In this document: positions 1 to 9,787 of the stretch, in pieces
How positions within the stretch are numbered: position 1 is the stretch's first letter
How the letters are laid out: each line of letters opens with the position of its first letter
From: Negativicutes bacterium
Lineage (GTDB): Bacteria > Bacillota > Negativicutes > UBA1444
Direction of reading: 5' to 3'
NCBI GenBank assembly: GCA_963665275.2
Contig: CAXXIN010000018.1
Coordinates: 64,001-128,000 of the forward strand
DNA length: 64,000 nucleotides
Notes under the pieces: model-generated
Told to the model about the DNA's origin: nothing
Seen by the model: only the letters and a program-made list of their open reading frames with translations
Database searches by the model: none
Program-made: the position numbers and the translations under genes

Positions 1-239
1 CTCAAATACCATCCGATCTGGTTTTGGCCTCCGCGAGTGGCCTTGACCCGGATATAACCCCAGCCGCGGCTTACATTCAGGCAGAGCGGGTCGCCAGGGA
101 GCGCAAGATCGAAGCCGGGGAAGTCCGCCGCCTGGTGGCCGTGCATATCCAAGAGCGACAATGGGGATTGTTTGGTGAGCCACGGGTAAATGTACTGGCA
201 CTCAATCTGGCGCTTGATGACCTCCAGACGAAACCGTAA
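1..239 (+). CDS. kdpC: K+-transporting ATPase subunit C, 3' fragment (truncated by window start)
   Basis: Translation contains [12 protein letters not shown] and [15 protein letters not shown], the KdpC C-terminal signature; lies directly upstream of kdpD. Confidence 0.95.
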   Translation, partial: QIPSDLVLASASGLDPDITPAAAYIQAERVARERKIEAGEVRRLVAVHIQERQWGLFGEPRVNVLALNLALDDLQTKP

Positions 240-261
240 TGCAAGTGGGTGAATAGCAAAA

Positions 262-2997
262 ATGCCAAAAGAAAGACAAGATAGACGTCCCAATCCAGAG
301 GAACTGTTGCAGAAAATCAATAAGGAAGCCAGCGGTAAACTGACGGTGTTTTTGGGCGCAGCGGCGGGCGTCGGAAAGACCTTTACCATGCTGGAGGCTG
401 CGCATGACCGCCTGGCTGAAGGTGTAAACGTCGTTGTTGGCTGGGTTGAAACCCATGGTCGGGCCGAAACGGAAAATTTGGCGGCCGGCCTGCCGCGTAT
501 CGCTCCCAAAACAATAATTTACCGGAACAAGCCGTTGCAGGAAATGGATATCGACGCCATTCTGGAAAATAAACCGGCGATAGTGCTGGTCGACGAACTG
601 GCTCATACCAATGTTCCGGGTTCCCGGCATGTGCGGCGTTTCCAGGACGTTGAGGAGCTGCTCGACAATGGCATTGATGTCTATACAACCGTCAACATTC
701 AGCATATCGAGAGCTTGAACGACATTGTGACGCAAATTACGGGAGTAATTGTCCGAGAAACCGTGCCGGATCATATTCTGGAGCGGGCCAATAGCATACA
801 GTTGATCGATATTCCGCCTGAAGAACTTATCAAGCGCTTGAAAGAAGGAAAAGTATATATTCCCGGCCAGGTGGAACAGGCTTTGAAGAAGTTTTTTCGG
901 CCTGGAAACATCAACGCATTGCGGGAACTTTCCTTGCGGTTTACAGCGAAACGTGTTGATCAGGACTTGGCGGAATATATGAAACAGGAAAACATTGAAG
1001 GACCGTGGCCTGCTTCCGGCAAGGTCATGGTCTGCGTCAGCGCCAGTCCGTTCTCGGCGCAGCTTGTCCGGGCCGCCCGACGCCTTTCGGGCGGGTTGCA
1101 CGCCGAATTGCTGGCCGTGCATGTTGAAACGCCCCAGCGCCGCTTCCCGCTGAGCGATAAGGAACGAAACCGGGTGACCCATAACTTGCGTTTGGCGGAA
1201 GAACTTGGCGGCAAGACGATTACTGTAACAGGCGAGAACTTGGCGGCGGAAATACTGGAAGTGGCCCGTTCCCACAATGTAACGGCCATTGTTGTCGGAA
1301 AGCCGCTTCACAGCCGGATGTGGGAACTTTTTCATGGGTCGGTTGTGGACACATTGATACGGGACAGTAGCGGCATTCACGTATATGTCATCCAGGTCGC
1401 CAAAGACAAAGATGCCGAAGCAGGAATTGTTACAGGTATTAAGACGGCCCTGCCCTCGCCGCCGCCGGTTCCATGGACGCAATACGCCGGCGGCCTGAGC
1501 ATGGTGGCGGTTATCACGGCTATAAGCTGGATGTTTAAAAGTCAGCTGGAGATTGTCAATATTGCCCTGCTATATTTGTTGCCTGTTTTTTTTACCGCTC
1601 TTTGGTGGGGGCGTTGGCCGTCATATATATCGGCACTGTCCGGCGTATTAGCGTACGACTTTTTATTCGTTCCGCCTATTTTCACCTTTTCTGTCTATGA
1701 TATACACTATATCTGGAGTTTTGTTATTTTCCTGGTATTTTCTTATTTCATTGGCGGACGGACGGAACTGCTACGATCGGAAGCGAGGGGCGCCAGGCAG
1801 CGTGAGAAAAACATCCGCACTCTGTATGATTTTAGCCGGGAAATAGCGGCGGTTGTGAATTTGGATCGAATTGTCCAGGAATTGGCCACTCAGATGGGTG
1901 AAAACCTGGGCCGGTCCACCCGGGTGCTATTGCCGGATAGTGGAGATGTATTGGTTGTCTGCGGGCATTATGACGCCCCGGGCAAAATCGAAAGCCCGGA
2001 TGCGCAGGCATTGTCAGAGGCTGAGTATGCCGTGGCGGTCTGGGCCTATCAGCACGGCCAAGTGGTTGGACGATCCACCGAAACTCTGCCTGGAGGGCAA
2101 TACCTGTATGTTCCGCTGATAACCGGAAACAAAGTGGTCGGTGTCTTTGGCATAAAATTGGACAGGAATAACATGACTCCGGAAGAAAGGCAGTTGATTA
2201 ATGCCTGGGTAGGGTTTGCGGCAATAGCGGTGGAACGGGTGAAATTGACCGAACAGGCTAATCAGGCATCTTTGTTGGTGGAAACGGACAAACTTCGTTC
2301 CGCTTTGTTAAACTCTATTTCGCATGAATTGCGCACTCCACTGTCGGCGATAGTGGGTGCGACTTCAATGCTTCTGGAGACAGGAGTCGCTTATAGCGAA
2401 GCGAATCGCCGTGAACTGCTGGAAAGCATTCAGGATGGATCGAGCCGGATGGAACGGGTGGTTGTCAACCTGCTTGACACCGCCAGGATGGAAAACGGCA
2501 TGCTGCACTTGAAAAACGACTGGTGCGATATTGAAGATACCGTGGGTGTCGCCTTGCGGCGAATCGGCGAAACACTTCGAAAATACGTCGTCAAAACCGA
2601 GTTGCCCGCAAAAATGTCCCTGATTCGAGCGGATGGTGTTCTTTTGGAGCAAGTGCTGGTGAATCTGATTGACAATGCCATGAAGTATTCTTCTCTTGGT
2701 AGTACCATCATCGTCACGGCGGCGCAGGAGGAGGATAATATGCGAATAACAGTCATGGACAGTGGGCCTGGGATACCTCAGGAGGACTTGCCGTTTATTT
2801 TTGATAAGTTTTATCGGGCCAAGCATCCGCAGAAAATCGCGGGGACCGGGCTGGGTTTATCCATTTGTAAAAGCATTGTTGAGGCTCATAACGGGAAAAT
2901 ATGGGCGAAAAATCGACCCGGCGGGGGCGCGGAGGTAGGGTTTAGCGTTCCAATCCGAGGCGATGGAGTGGCGATCCCGGACGAGGTAGGCGACTGA
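262..2997 (+). CDS. kdpD: Osmosensitive K+ sensor histidine kinase KdpD
   Basis: N-terminal GKLTVFLGAAAGVGKT and VDELAHTN motifs, USP domain, 4 TM helices, GAF, H-box SHELRTPL and HATPase GTGLGL. Confidence 0.97.
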   Translation: MPKERQDRRPNPEELLQKINKEASGKLTVFLGAAAGVGKTFTMLEAAHDRLAEGVNVVVGWVETHGRAETENLAAGLPRIAPKTIIYRNKPLQEMDIDAILENKPAIVLVDELAHTNVPGSRHVRRFQDVEELLDNGIDVYTTVNIQHIESLNDIVTQITGVIVRETVPDHILERANSIQLIDIPPEELIKRLKEGKVYIPGQVEQALKKFFRPGNINALRELSLRFTAKRVDQDLAEYMKQENIEGPWPASGKVMVCVSASPFSAQLVRAARRLSGGLHAELLAVHVETPQRRFPLSDKERNRVTHNLRLAEELGGKTITVTGENLAAEILEVARSHNVTAIVVGKPLHSRMWELFHGSVVDTLIRDSSGIHVYVIQVAKDKDAEAGIVTGIKTALPSPPPVPWTQYAGGLSMVAVITAISWMFKSQLEIVNIALLYLLPVFFTALWWGRWPSYISALSGVLAYDFLFVPPIFTFSVYDIHYIWSFVIFLVFSYFIGGRTELLRSEARGARQREKNIRTLYDFSREIAAVVNLDRIVQELATQMGENLGRSTRVLLPDSGDVLVVCGHYDAPGKIESPDAQALSEAEYAVAVWAYQHGQVVGRSTETLPGGQYLYVPLITGNKVVGVFGIKLDRNNMTPEERQLINAWVGFAAIAVERVKLTEQANQASLLVETDKLRSALLNSISHELRTPLSAIVGATSMLLETGVAYSEANRRELLESIQDGSSRMERVVVNLLDTARMENGMLHLKNDWCDIEDTVGVALRRIGETLRKYVVKTELPAKMSLIRADGVLLEQVLVNLIDNAMKYSSLGSTIIVTAAQEEDNMRITVMDSGPGIPQEDLPFIFDKFYRAKHPQKIAGTGLGLSICKSIVEAHNGKIWAKNRPGGGAEVGFSVPIRGDGVAIPDEVGD

Positions 2998-2998
2998 T

Positions 2999-3685
2999 AT
3001 GGAAACAAAGGCGAGAATCCTGATCATCGATGATGAACCGCAAATTCGCAAATTGCTGAATGTTTCATTGAAAGCCCAGGGGTTTCTGGCGGAGGAGGCG
3101 GCTTCCGGACAGGATGGCATCAATCAGGCGGCCATTTTTAAACCGGATTTGATGATTGTTGATCTGGGATTGCCGGATATCGATGGAAAGGAAGTTGTCC
3201 GGCAAATCAGGGAGTGGTCCAATGCGCCAATTATCATATTGACGGCCCGCGATCAGGAGCAGGAGAAAATAGACGCTTTGGATGCCGGTGCGGATGACTA
3301 TGTCGCGAAGCCTTTCGGGATGGGAGAACTCATGGCCAGGGTGCGGGTCTGCCTGCGGCGGATGGCGACAGGTGACAACGATCCTTTGCTGATCTGCGGT
3401 GGATTGACTGTGGATCTTTCACAACGGCGTGTGACCGTGGACGGGCAAGAGATAAAATTGACTCCGACTGAATATGAAATCATTAAACTGCTGGCCCAAA
3501 ACGCCGGACGGGTATTGACCCACAAGCAATTGTTGAAAGCGGTCTGGGGGAATTCAAATTACAGCGATACTCACTATGTTCGCGTTTATGTCGGAATGTT
3601 GCGGCGAAAGATAGAGAGCGATCCTGCTCAACCCAAATATATAATTACGGAATCCGGGATCGGTTATCGCCTTATGGGACGCTAA
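2999..3685 (+). CDS. kdpE: OmpR-family response regulator KdpE
   Basis: REC domain (IIDDE, DLGLPD, GADDYVAKPF) plus winged helix (LRRKIE..P.YIITESGIGY); follows kdpD. Confidence 0.95.
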   Translation: METKARILIIDDEPQIRKLLNVSLKAQGFLAEEAASGQDGINQAAIFKPDLMIVDLGLPDIDGKEVVRQIREWSNAPIIILTARDQEQEKIDALDAGADDYVAKPFGMGELMARVRVCLRRMATGDNDPLLICGGLTVDLSQRRVTVDGQEIKLTPTEYEIIKLLAQNAGRVLTHKQLLKAVWGNSNYSDTHYVRVYVGMLRRKIESDPAQPKYIITESGIGYRLMGR

Positions 3686-3713
3686 TCGCTATTGTGGGTT
3701 CTGAATAAATAGT

Positions 3714-3760
3714 AAAAACGCAACCAGGCGCCGACTTTGTGCGGTGCGGGTTGCGTTTTT
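3714..3760 (+). terminator. Intrinsic terminator after kdpE
   Basis: Inverted repeat AAAAACGCAACC...GGTTGCGTTTTT. Confidence 0.75.
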
Positions 3761-3819
3761 ATGATATCTTGACCCTTTTAGCCTAAGTCTTGTCAGCTTT
3801 TTTACGTTTACTGGAGATA

Positions 3820-3986
3820 CAATTGGCGGTGGGTATGCTTCTAGTGGATTTGTGAACGCCGGGATGTAGGCGCATTGAACTTTGGCATCGCATACAACTT
3901 TACTCCAGCAGCCGCTATGCTTGGATATCTACAATAATAAAAACTTCAAGAATACTATCACTGTCCAACTAGATATCAATTTTTGA
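3820..3986 (+). pseudogene. Decayed C-terminal remnant of an outer-membrane beta-barrel protein
   Basis: Stitched frames read QLAV/YASSG, VGALNFGIAYNFTPAAAML (from 3866) and DIYNNKNFKNTITVQLDINF* (3924-3986). Alternating hydrophobic residues and a terminal Phe; no start codon; frameshifted. Confidence 0.55.
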
Positions 3987-4037
3987 TCCTGCGATCAGTG
4001 AGTTGTATGAGAATAAATAGTGGGAGGCATCTGCAGT

Positions 4038-5867
4038 ATGTGGCGGAAGAGCAGCCTGCGGCAGAAGATATTGATTGGGTATTTCATCCTCGTGGCGGTC
4101 ATTGCCACTGTTGGAGCATGGTCGATTTACAACGTTCAACAACTTAACAAAGTGCTTACCGATATCACCAAAGAAAACTATATCAGTGTGCTGGCCGCCG
4201 AAAATATGATTGGAGCCTTGGAGAGACAGGACAGCGGAGCACTCTTTTTGCTGCTGGGTGAAAAGCAACAGGGATTGGAGATTTATCAGGCTGGCCGCGA
4301 GGAGTTTCAATACTGGTTTGACCAGGAGGAACGAAATATCACCTTGCCCAATGAAGGAGAACTTGTCGTCCGTATCAAGGATAACTACAGTAAATACAGT
4401 CAATTGCTCGATGCCCTTACTCGCCTGAATGCATCCGGCGATGGCGGGGGCGTGCGCAGGATGTATCTGGTCGAGATCTATCCGTTGTTCAATACCATTC
4501 GGGCTGATCTGCAGAATGTACTGGCAATAAATCATCAGGAATTTATTGCTGGAAATGCACGGTCAGGCGACACTGCCAGGCAGGCGGCGGTATCGGTGGC
4601 TGCGGTCGGCGGCAGTGCGGTGATTTTTGGGATTATCTTCGCACTTGCCCTTTCAACGGCCGTTGTTCAGCCTGTTATTCGCTTGACGGAGACGATTAAA
4701 CGCATTCGGGAAGGCAACCTGAGCGAGACGGTGGCAGTATCCGCTTTGGACGAAATGGGCAACCTTGCCTCGGAATTTAACAGCATGCTCCAGCGTTTAC
4801 GCGCTTATGAGAACGTTATCTATGGAAAGCTGGCGGTTGAGCAGCAAAAGGCTCTGGCTATTATTCAGGCCATGGCGGATGGGATTGTACTACTTGGGCA
4901 AAATCAGCAGGTCGTGATGCTGAACCCGGCGGCGGAGCAAATTCTCGGAATAAAATCCGCTGATGCGGCAGGGAAATATGCAGGGCAGGTTTTTCTCCAA
5001 CCCGATATAGTCCGTTGGTTGGAGCAGACGGGTAATTCCGATCAAATGCTTGTTGAGAGAGCCGTGGCGATTAAGGCTGGAAGGCAGGAACATTTCTATG
5101 AAATAGAGGTTACACCCTTTAAGACGTGGGAAGAGACTGGAAATGTAATAATTCTTAAGGATGTTACCAACTTCAAGCTGCTGGACAAGAAAAAAGCGGA
5201 GTTTTTGTCCGGCATTGCACATGAGATTCGAACCCCGCTCACATCTATCACCATGGGGCTTGGAATTTTAAACGAGAGCAGTATATTGAAAGAAAATCGA
5301 AGTGCAATCGAAATATTGGCCGTAATACAGGAAGAAACAGCCAGACTGACGACGTTGATGGATGAATTCCTCGAATTATCACGATTTGAGTCAGGCGGTG
5401 CCGAACTAAAAACTCAGCAGTTGGAAGTTGCAGCTCTATTGGAACGAACCATCGCAGCGTTTCGAATGCAAGCGGAAAAAGTGCATATTCGGCTTGAACT
5501 AAGTATGTCGGAACCGATCCCCCCCGTAGTATGGGATGCAGGCAAAATTCAGTCGGTTATTTCCAATTTGATTACCAATGCGTTGCGCTATACCCCGACT
5601 GGGGGAAGGATAGTCGTTACGGCAGGAAATGCGGCGGATGCCGTTTTGATTTCGGTTACCGATACAGGGCCCGGGATACCGGGGAAGCTGCAAAAAAAAA
5701 TATTCGATAAATTTTTTCAAATGGACGCAAGGCCTACCGGCAAAGTGGGTCTTGGGCTGGCAATTTGCAAGGCGATTGTCAAGAAGCACGGCGGGAAGAT
5801 CTGGGTGGAGAGCAGGGAAGGTCAAGGAGCGACGTTTTTCGTTGAACTGCCTATTCAAGCAACCTGA
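4038..5867 (+). CDS. Sensor histidine kinase (TM, four-helix/KinB-like sensor, TM, HAMP, PAS, HisKA, HATPase)
   Basis: Two TM helices, HAMP (DEMGNLASEFNSML), PAS (NPAAEQILG), H-box AHEIRTPLTSI and G-boxes. ATG 4038 follows GGGAGG; the ORF track starts at GTG 4020. Confidence 0.9.
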   Translation: MWRKSSLRQKILIGYFILVAVIATVGAWSIYNVQQLNKVLTDITKENYISVLAAENMIGALERQDSGALFLLLGEKQQGLEIYQAGREEFQYWFDQEERNITLPNEGELVVRIKDNYSKYSQLLDALTRLNASGDGGGVRRMYLVEIYPLFNTIRADLQNVLAINHQEFIAGNARSGDTARQAAVSVAAVGGSAVIFGIIFALALSTAVVQPVIRLTETIKRIREGNLSETVAVSALDEMGNLASEFNSMLQRLRAYENVIYGKLAVEQQKALAIIQAMADGIVLLGQNQQVVMLNPAAEQILGIKSADAAGKYAGQVFLQPDIVRWLEQTGNSDQMLVERAVAIKAGRQEHFYEIEVTPFKTWEETGNVIILKDVTNFKLLDKKKAEFLSGIAHEIRTPLTSITMGLGILNESSILKENRSAIEILAVIQEETARLTTLMDEFLELSRFESGGAELKTQQLEVAALLERTIAAFRMQAEKVHIRLELSMSEPIPPVVWDAGKIQSVISNLITNALRYTPTGGRIVVTAGNAADAVLISVTDTGPGIPGKLQKKIFDKFFQMDARPTGKVGLGLAICKAIVKKHGGKIWVESREGQGATFFVELPIQAT

Positions 5868-5890
5868 AGCAATAATTGGGGGTGTGGAAA

Positions 5891-6598
5891 ATGAACCATA
5901 ATAACAAAATTTTAGTAGTCGACGATGAAAAAAACATCCAGTTTGTAATCACCAAATGCTTGGAAGAAGCGAAGTATTCAGTTGTAAACGCGTCTGACGG
6001 GGAGAGCGCATTGGAAGCCATAGGCACGGAATCTTTTGCGCTCGTTATACTCGATATCAAGCTTCCCGATATGGATGGGCTGCAGGTGCTGCAAAAAATA
6101 AGAGAACTGCTTCCTGAGCAGAGGGTCATGATGATTACGGCGCATGGAACCATCGAAACAGCGGTGGAAGCCATGAAGCGCGGAGCGGTTGATTATCTGC
6201 AGAAACCATCTACACCGGAGGACCTCCGGGCCACAGTCGGCCATAATATAAGCAAGTTAGTGACAGTTCAGATGGAACCGAACGAAACCTTTGACAGCTA
6301 TATTTCCCAGGGAAGACGCCTCTTGGAGCAAAAGCAACTTGATAAAGCAATGTTGGTTATTCGTAAGGCACTCCAACTTGAATCCGAACGTCCGGAACCC
6401 TTCAATTTGCTCGGCGTCTTGGGTGAGTTACGCGGTGATTTTAAGGCCGCTAGCAGAATGTACCGTGTGGCTTTGGCGCTCGATAGCGCTTACAAACCGG
6501 CAATTTTAAATTTACAGCGAATTAGCCAATGGAAACATGACTCGGAGCATATTAATTTTGGCGATGTTCCTGAAGAAAAAGTTCCTTTCCCGTTGTAG
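5891..6598 (+). CDS. Response regulator with REC domain and C-terminal TPR-like region
   Basis: ILVVDDE, LDIKLPDMDG, ITAHG and YLQKP; C-terminal TPR pattern (PEPFNLLGVLGELRGD..A...YRVALALD). No DNA-binding domain. Confidence 0.85.
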   Translation: MNHNNKILVVDDEKNIQFVITKCLEEAKYSVVNASDGESALEAIGTESFALVILDIKLPDMDGLQVLQKIRELLPEQRVMMITAHGTIETAVEAMKRGAVDYLQKPSTPEDLRATVGHNISKLVTVQMEPNETFDSYISQGRRLLEQKQLDKAMLVIRKALQLESERPEPFNLLGVLGELRGDFKAASRMYRVALALDSAYKPAILNLQRISQWKHDSEHINFGDVPEEKVPFPL

Positions 6599-6630
6599 TG
6601 TGGGGCTTGAAAACAGGCATGGAGGGCGGA

Positions 6631-6693
6631 TATGTGCCCTGAGGGGATTAATAGGGAAGTCCGGTGTAATGCCGGCGTGGGCCCGCCATTGTA
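6631..6693 (+). promoter_or_regulatory. Truncated, degenerate cobalamin riboswitch (5' half only)
   Basis: GTGCCC..GGG-TTAATAGGGAAGTCCGGTGTAATGCCGG-CGTGGGCCCGCCATTGTA follows the B12-riboswitch core order; the 3' AAGYCAGRAGACC segment is absent. Confidence 0.65.
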
Positions 6694-6694
6694 T

Positions 6695-6731
6695 AGAGGC
6701 CGGCTACTCAAATAGTGGGTAGTCGACCTCT
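6695..6731. terminator. Hairpin between convergent genes (probable terminator)
   Basis: AGAGGCCGGCTACTC...GGGTAGTCGACCTCT imperfect inverted repeat. Confidence 0.6.
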
Positions 6732-6747
6732 CGATTTTAATGATTGA

Positions 6748-8328
6748 TTACAGGTAAATTTTCGCTCCGGGACCGAGTGGCCAATTGAACAGCATGAAGG
6801 TAACCAGCCAACCGCCCCAGGTAATAGCGAACCAGAATGCAAACGGGAGTTGGGCGGCAATGATCGTTCCATAGCCAATCTTCTTTTCATCAGATTTGAC
6901 ATAGTGGTTGATAATGCCGAGCATAACCGGGATATAGTAATTGAGAGGGCTGATGGGGTTGGTGATGCTTTCCCCTACTCGATACGCAGCCTGCACGAGG
7001 GCGGGTTCATATCCGAGCAGACCAAACATGGGGACGAAAATCGGGGCGAAGAAAACCCATTTGGCCGAACCGCTGATCAAAAGGAAGTCGGCCAGACCAG
7101 ACAACATCATAAAACCGATGACCAAAGGGATGCCGGTGAAATGGATAGATTGCAGGAAGTGAGCGCCCTGAACGGCGATAACGGTTGCCAGGTTGCTTTT
7201 GGTGAACCAGGCAATAAATTGGGAGGCGGCCATGGCGAGGACGATGAAGCTGACTGAACCGCTAACGCCATTGGCCATCAGTTTGGGAATATCCGCTTCA
7301 CTCTTTATGACGCCTTTGCCAATGCCAAACGCCATTCCGACGGCAACAAAGAAGATGAAAATCAGTGGAATAATTCCGGATAACAGCGGGGACTTGGGAA
7401 CCAACTCATGAGTTTTTGGATCGCGGAGCCAGCCAAATTCCGGCACCGTCATTGCGAGAAGAAGAAGTATATAAATGACAGTTGTCCACCCTGCGTACTT
7501 CAGTCCTCGTTTTTCTTCCGGGGTCAACTCATGTGATTGCGTTACGGCATCCAGCTGCATATAAGGCATAAATTTGTCGAGACGCGGCGCCACCACTTTT
7601 TCGGCGACGATGGTGCCGACAACGGTCAGAATAATAACTGAGGAAGACATGAAATAATAATTGATCAGAACGTGCACCGGAGAATGCATGGTTTGAGGTA
7701 ATATCTGGGTGGCGGTGGCTGTGATACCGGCTATGAGAGCATCCGTTCCTGCCGGAAGAAAATTGGCGCTGAATCCAGCTTGTGTTCCGGCGAAGGCAAC
7801 AGACATGCCAACCAGAGGGTTTCGTCCCATGCCGGCGAAGACGGCTGCGGCGACAGCCGGCATAAATACGGTGGCTGCATCGGAAGCCAGATTACCGTTG
7901 ATGCCAAGACACATAATGGCCGCAGTGACTCCCCAGGACGGAACATTCAGCAAAACTCGGCGTACCAAGGCGGTAACCAAGCCGGTGCTTTCGGCAATTC
8001 CCATGGCCATCATCATGACCACTACCAGGCCAAGCGGAGGAAAGGCCACGAAATTCTTCACCATGTCCGCCAAAAATGACTGGAAGGAAGGGACGTTGAT
8101 CAAGTTAAGGACCTTGACAGTGATCATTTTGTTGCCTGCACCCATGTAGGTGGCTGAGGCCCCTTCGAAAACGAATGATAGCGCGAGAACTGCTGCGGCG
8201 AGAGCGATAAACAGGGTAAATGGGGATGGGAATTTGTTTCCGACATACTCTAAAATGTCAAGAAAACGCTGCAGGGCACTTGAAGTTCCATCACCTGCGA
8301 CCGGGACACTGGATTTTGGACTGGTCAA
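6748..8328 (-). CDS. abgT: AbgT-family transporter (p-aminobenzoyl-glutamate/peptide)
   Basis: LEYVGNKFPSPF, NFVAFPPLG, SGSAKW, YRVGESITNPISPLNYY and PLGPGA family motifs; polytopic membrane protein. Confidence 0.9.
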   Translation of the reverse strand: MTSPKSSVPVAGDGTSSALQRFLDILEYVGNKFPSPFTLFIALAAAVLALSFVFEGASATYMGAGNKMITVKVLNLINVPSFQSFLADMVKNFVAFPPLGLVVVMMMAMGIAESTGLVTALVRRVLLNVPSWGVTAAIMCLGINGNLASDAATVFMPAVAAAVFAGMGRNPLVGMSVAFAGTQAGFSANFLPAGTDALIAGITATATQILPQTMHSPVHVLINYYFMSSSVIILTVVGTIVAEKVVAPRLDKFMPYMQLDAVTQSHELTPEEKRGLKYAGWTTVIYILLLLAMTVPEFGWLRDPKTHELVPKSPLLSGIIPLIFIFFVAVGMAFGIGKGVIKSEADIPKLMANGVSGSVSFIVLAMAASQFIAWFTKSNLATVIAVQGAHFLQSIHFTGIPLVIGFMMLSGLADFLLISGSAKWVFFAPIFVPMFGLLGYEPALVQAAYRVGESITNPISPLNYYIPVMLGIINHYVKSDEKKIGYGTIIAAQLPFAFWFAITWGGWLVTFMLFNWPLGPGAKIYL

Positions 8329-9540
8329 TTAAATTCCTCCTTCATTCTTGGTTTTTCTTTCCAGGAATGTTAACGCCGCAAGGGCGGTTTCCTCCATTAC
8401 CTGAGCTCCGATAAACAGCGCACGCTCATCAAAGTCGAAGCCGCCGCTGTGGAGTGGGCGAACCGGGAGACCGGGAGTTCCACAGCCAACGAAAAAATAT
8501 GCGGATGGAACTTTTTCTGCGAAAAAGGCGAAGTCTTCGGCGCCCAAAACGGGTTTGTGATCCGAATGAACGTGCTCGGCGCCGAGAAATCGACTGGCAG
8601 TCAATACGACGAAGCTTGTTTCATCCGGCGCATTCTGCAGGCTGGGATAGCCGAATTGGTAGTCCAGCTCATAGTGACCGCCATACCCATCACAAATGCC
8701 CTGGATCATTCGCTTCATCCTCTCGGGAATATCTTTGCGGACGAATTCATTCAATGTACGGACTGTGCCTTCAAGTGTGACTTCTTTGGCAACCACGTTA
8801 TAACGCTCACCACCATGGATTGTGCCGATATTAATGGTCGCAGTTTCTCGAGGGTCAGTTTGTCGATGAATGATGCGGCTCAATGCTGTCAAAACATCGG
8901 AAGTCATCATGATGGAATCGATTCCCTGATGCGGAGCTCCAGCATGCGCACCAGCTCCGAACAACTTGAGCTGGAAACGGTCTGAAGATGCCATCATCGT
9001 GCCCTTGCAAACCCCGATATCACCATAAGGTAAGTCCGGCCACAGATGCATTCCGAACATCATGTCGACTTTTGGGTTTTCCAGAATTCCATCGGCGATC
9101 ATCAAGGGAGAACCGCCTTTGGGCGCTGCTTCTTCTGAGGGTTGGAACACCAGTTTGACGGTACCGCGCCAGGAGTTGCGATTTTCTTTCAGAGCGGTCG
9201 CTGCACCCAGCAACATCGAAGTATGGCCATCGTGTCCGCAGGCGTGCATGATGCCTGTATTGCGCGAGCAATAGGGAACCTGGTTGATTTCCATGATCGG
9301 TAAGGCGTCCATGTCAGCTCGCAAGCCGATGACTCCCCCGGGGCCCTTTCCTTCAATCGTTGCCAATACACCGGCGTGGCTGTCAAAGGTTCGCGTCGGG
9401 ATATCCAGCGCGTGAAGTTGCTGGAGTATGAACTCCCGGGTTTTAAATTCGGCGCCGCTCAGTTCGGGGTTCGCATGCAAAGCTCTGCGCCATTCAATCA
9501 TCTGCCCGAGTTCTTTGGGTAAAATTGTTGCCGCCGTCAT
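8329..9540 (-). CDS. M20D-family amidohydrolase
   Basis: RRALHANPELS, LRADMDALP, MHACGHDGH, FQPSEE and AEDF motifs; ATG 9540 preceded by GGAGGAG. Confidence 0.92.
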   Translation of the reverse strand: MTAATILPKELGQMIEWRRALHANPELSGAEFKTREFILQQLHALDIPTRTFDSHAGVLATIEGKGPGGVIGLRADMDALPIMEINQVPYCSRNTGIMHACGHDGHTSMLLGAATALKENRNSWRGTVKLVFQPSEEAAPKGGSPLMIADGILENPKVDMMFGMHLWPDLPYGDIGVCKGTMMASSDRFQLKLFGAGAHAGAPHQGIDSIMMTSDVLTALSRIIHRQTDPRETATINIGTIHGGERYNVVAKEVTLEGTVRTLNEFVRKDIPERMKRMIQGICDGYGGHYELDYQFGYPSLQNAPDETSFVVLTASRFLGAEHVHSDHKPVLGAEDFAFFAEKVPSAYFFVGCGTPGLPVRPLHSGGFDFDERALFIGAQVMEETALAALTFLERKTKNEGGI

Positions 9541-9787
9541 CGGGTGTCTCCTCCACTTCTTATATACAGTTTGTCCCAAAACCGGTTGTTGTTTTGTGTC
9601 TGTAATGCTATGATTTACTTGAAAAAATACTATCACACATAACGGACAAATAAAAGACATTTCCGTATAATTCATGAATATGCACAGAACCAGGGATAAT
9701 TATAAATTGTCGGTGATGGATGCCGCTTTTGTCATGATTCTGGGGTGTTGAAAAAATGCTATATTTGAAAAACGAGCAGGTGAAAAA

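Noticed and set aside
202-1482. 426-aa antisense ORF over kdpD, and the many other shadow ORFs in the track
   Set aside because: They overlap well-supported genes and show no recognisable motifs or RBSs.
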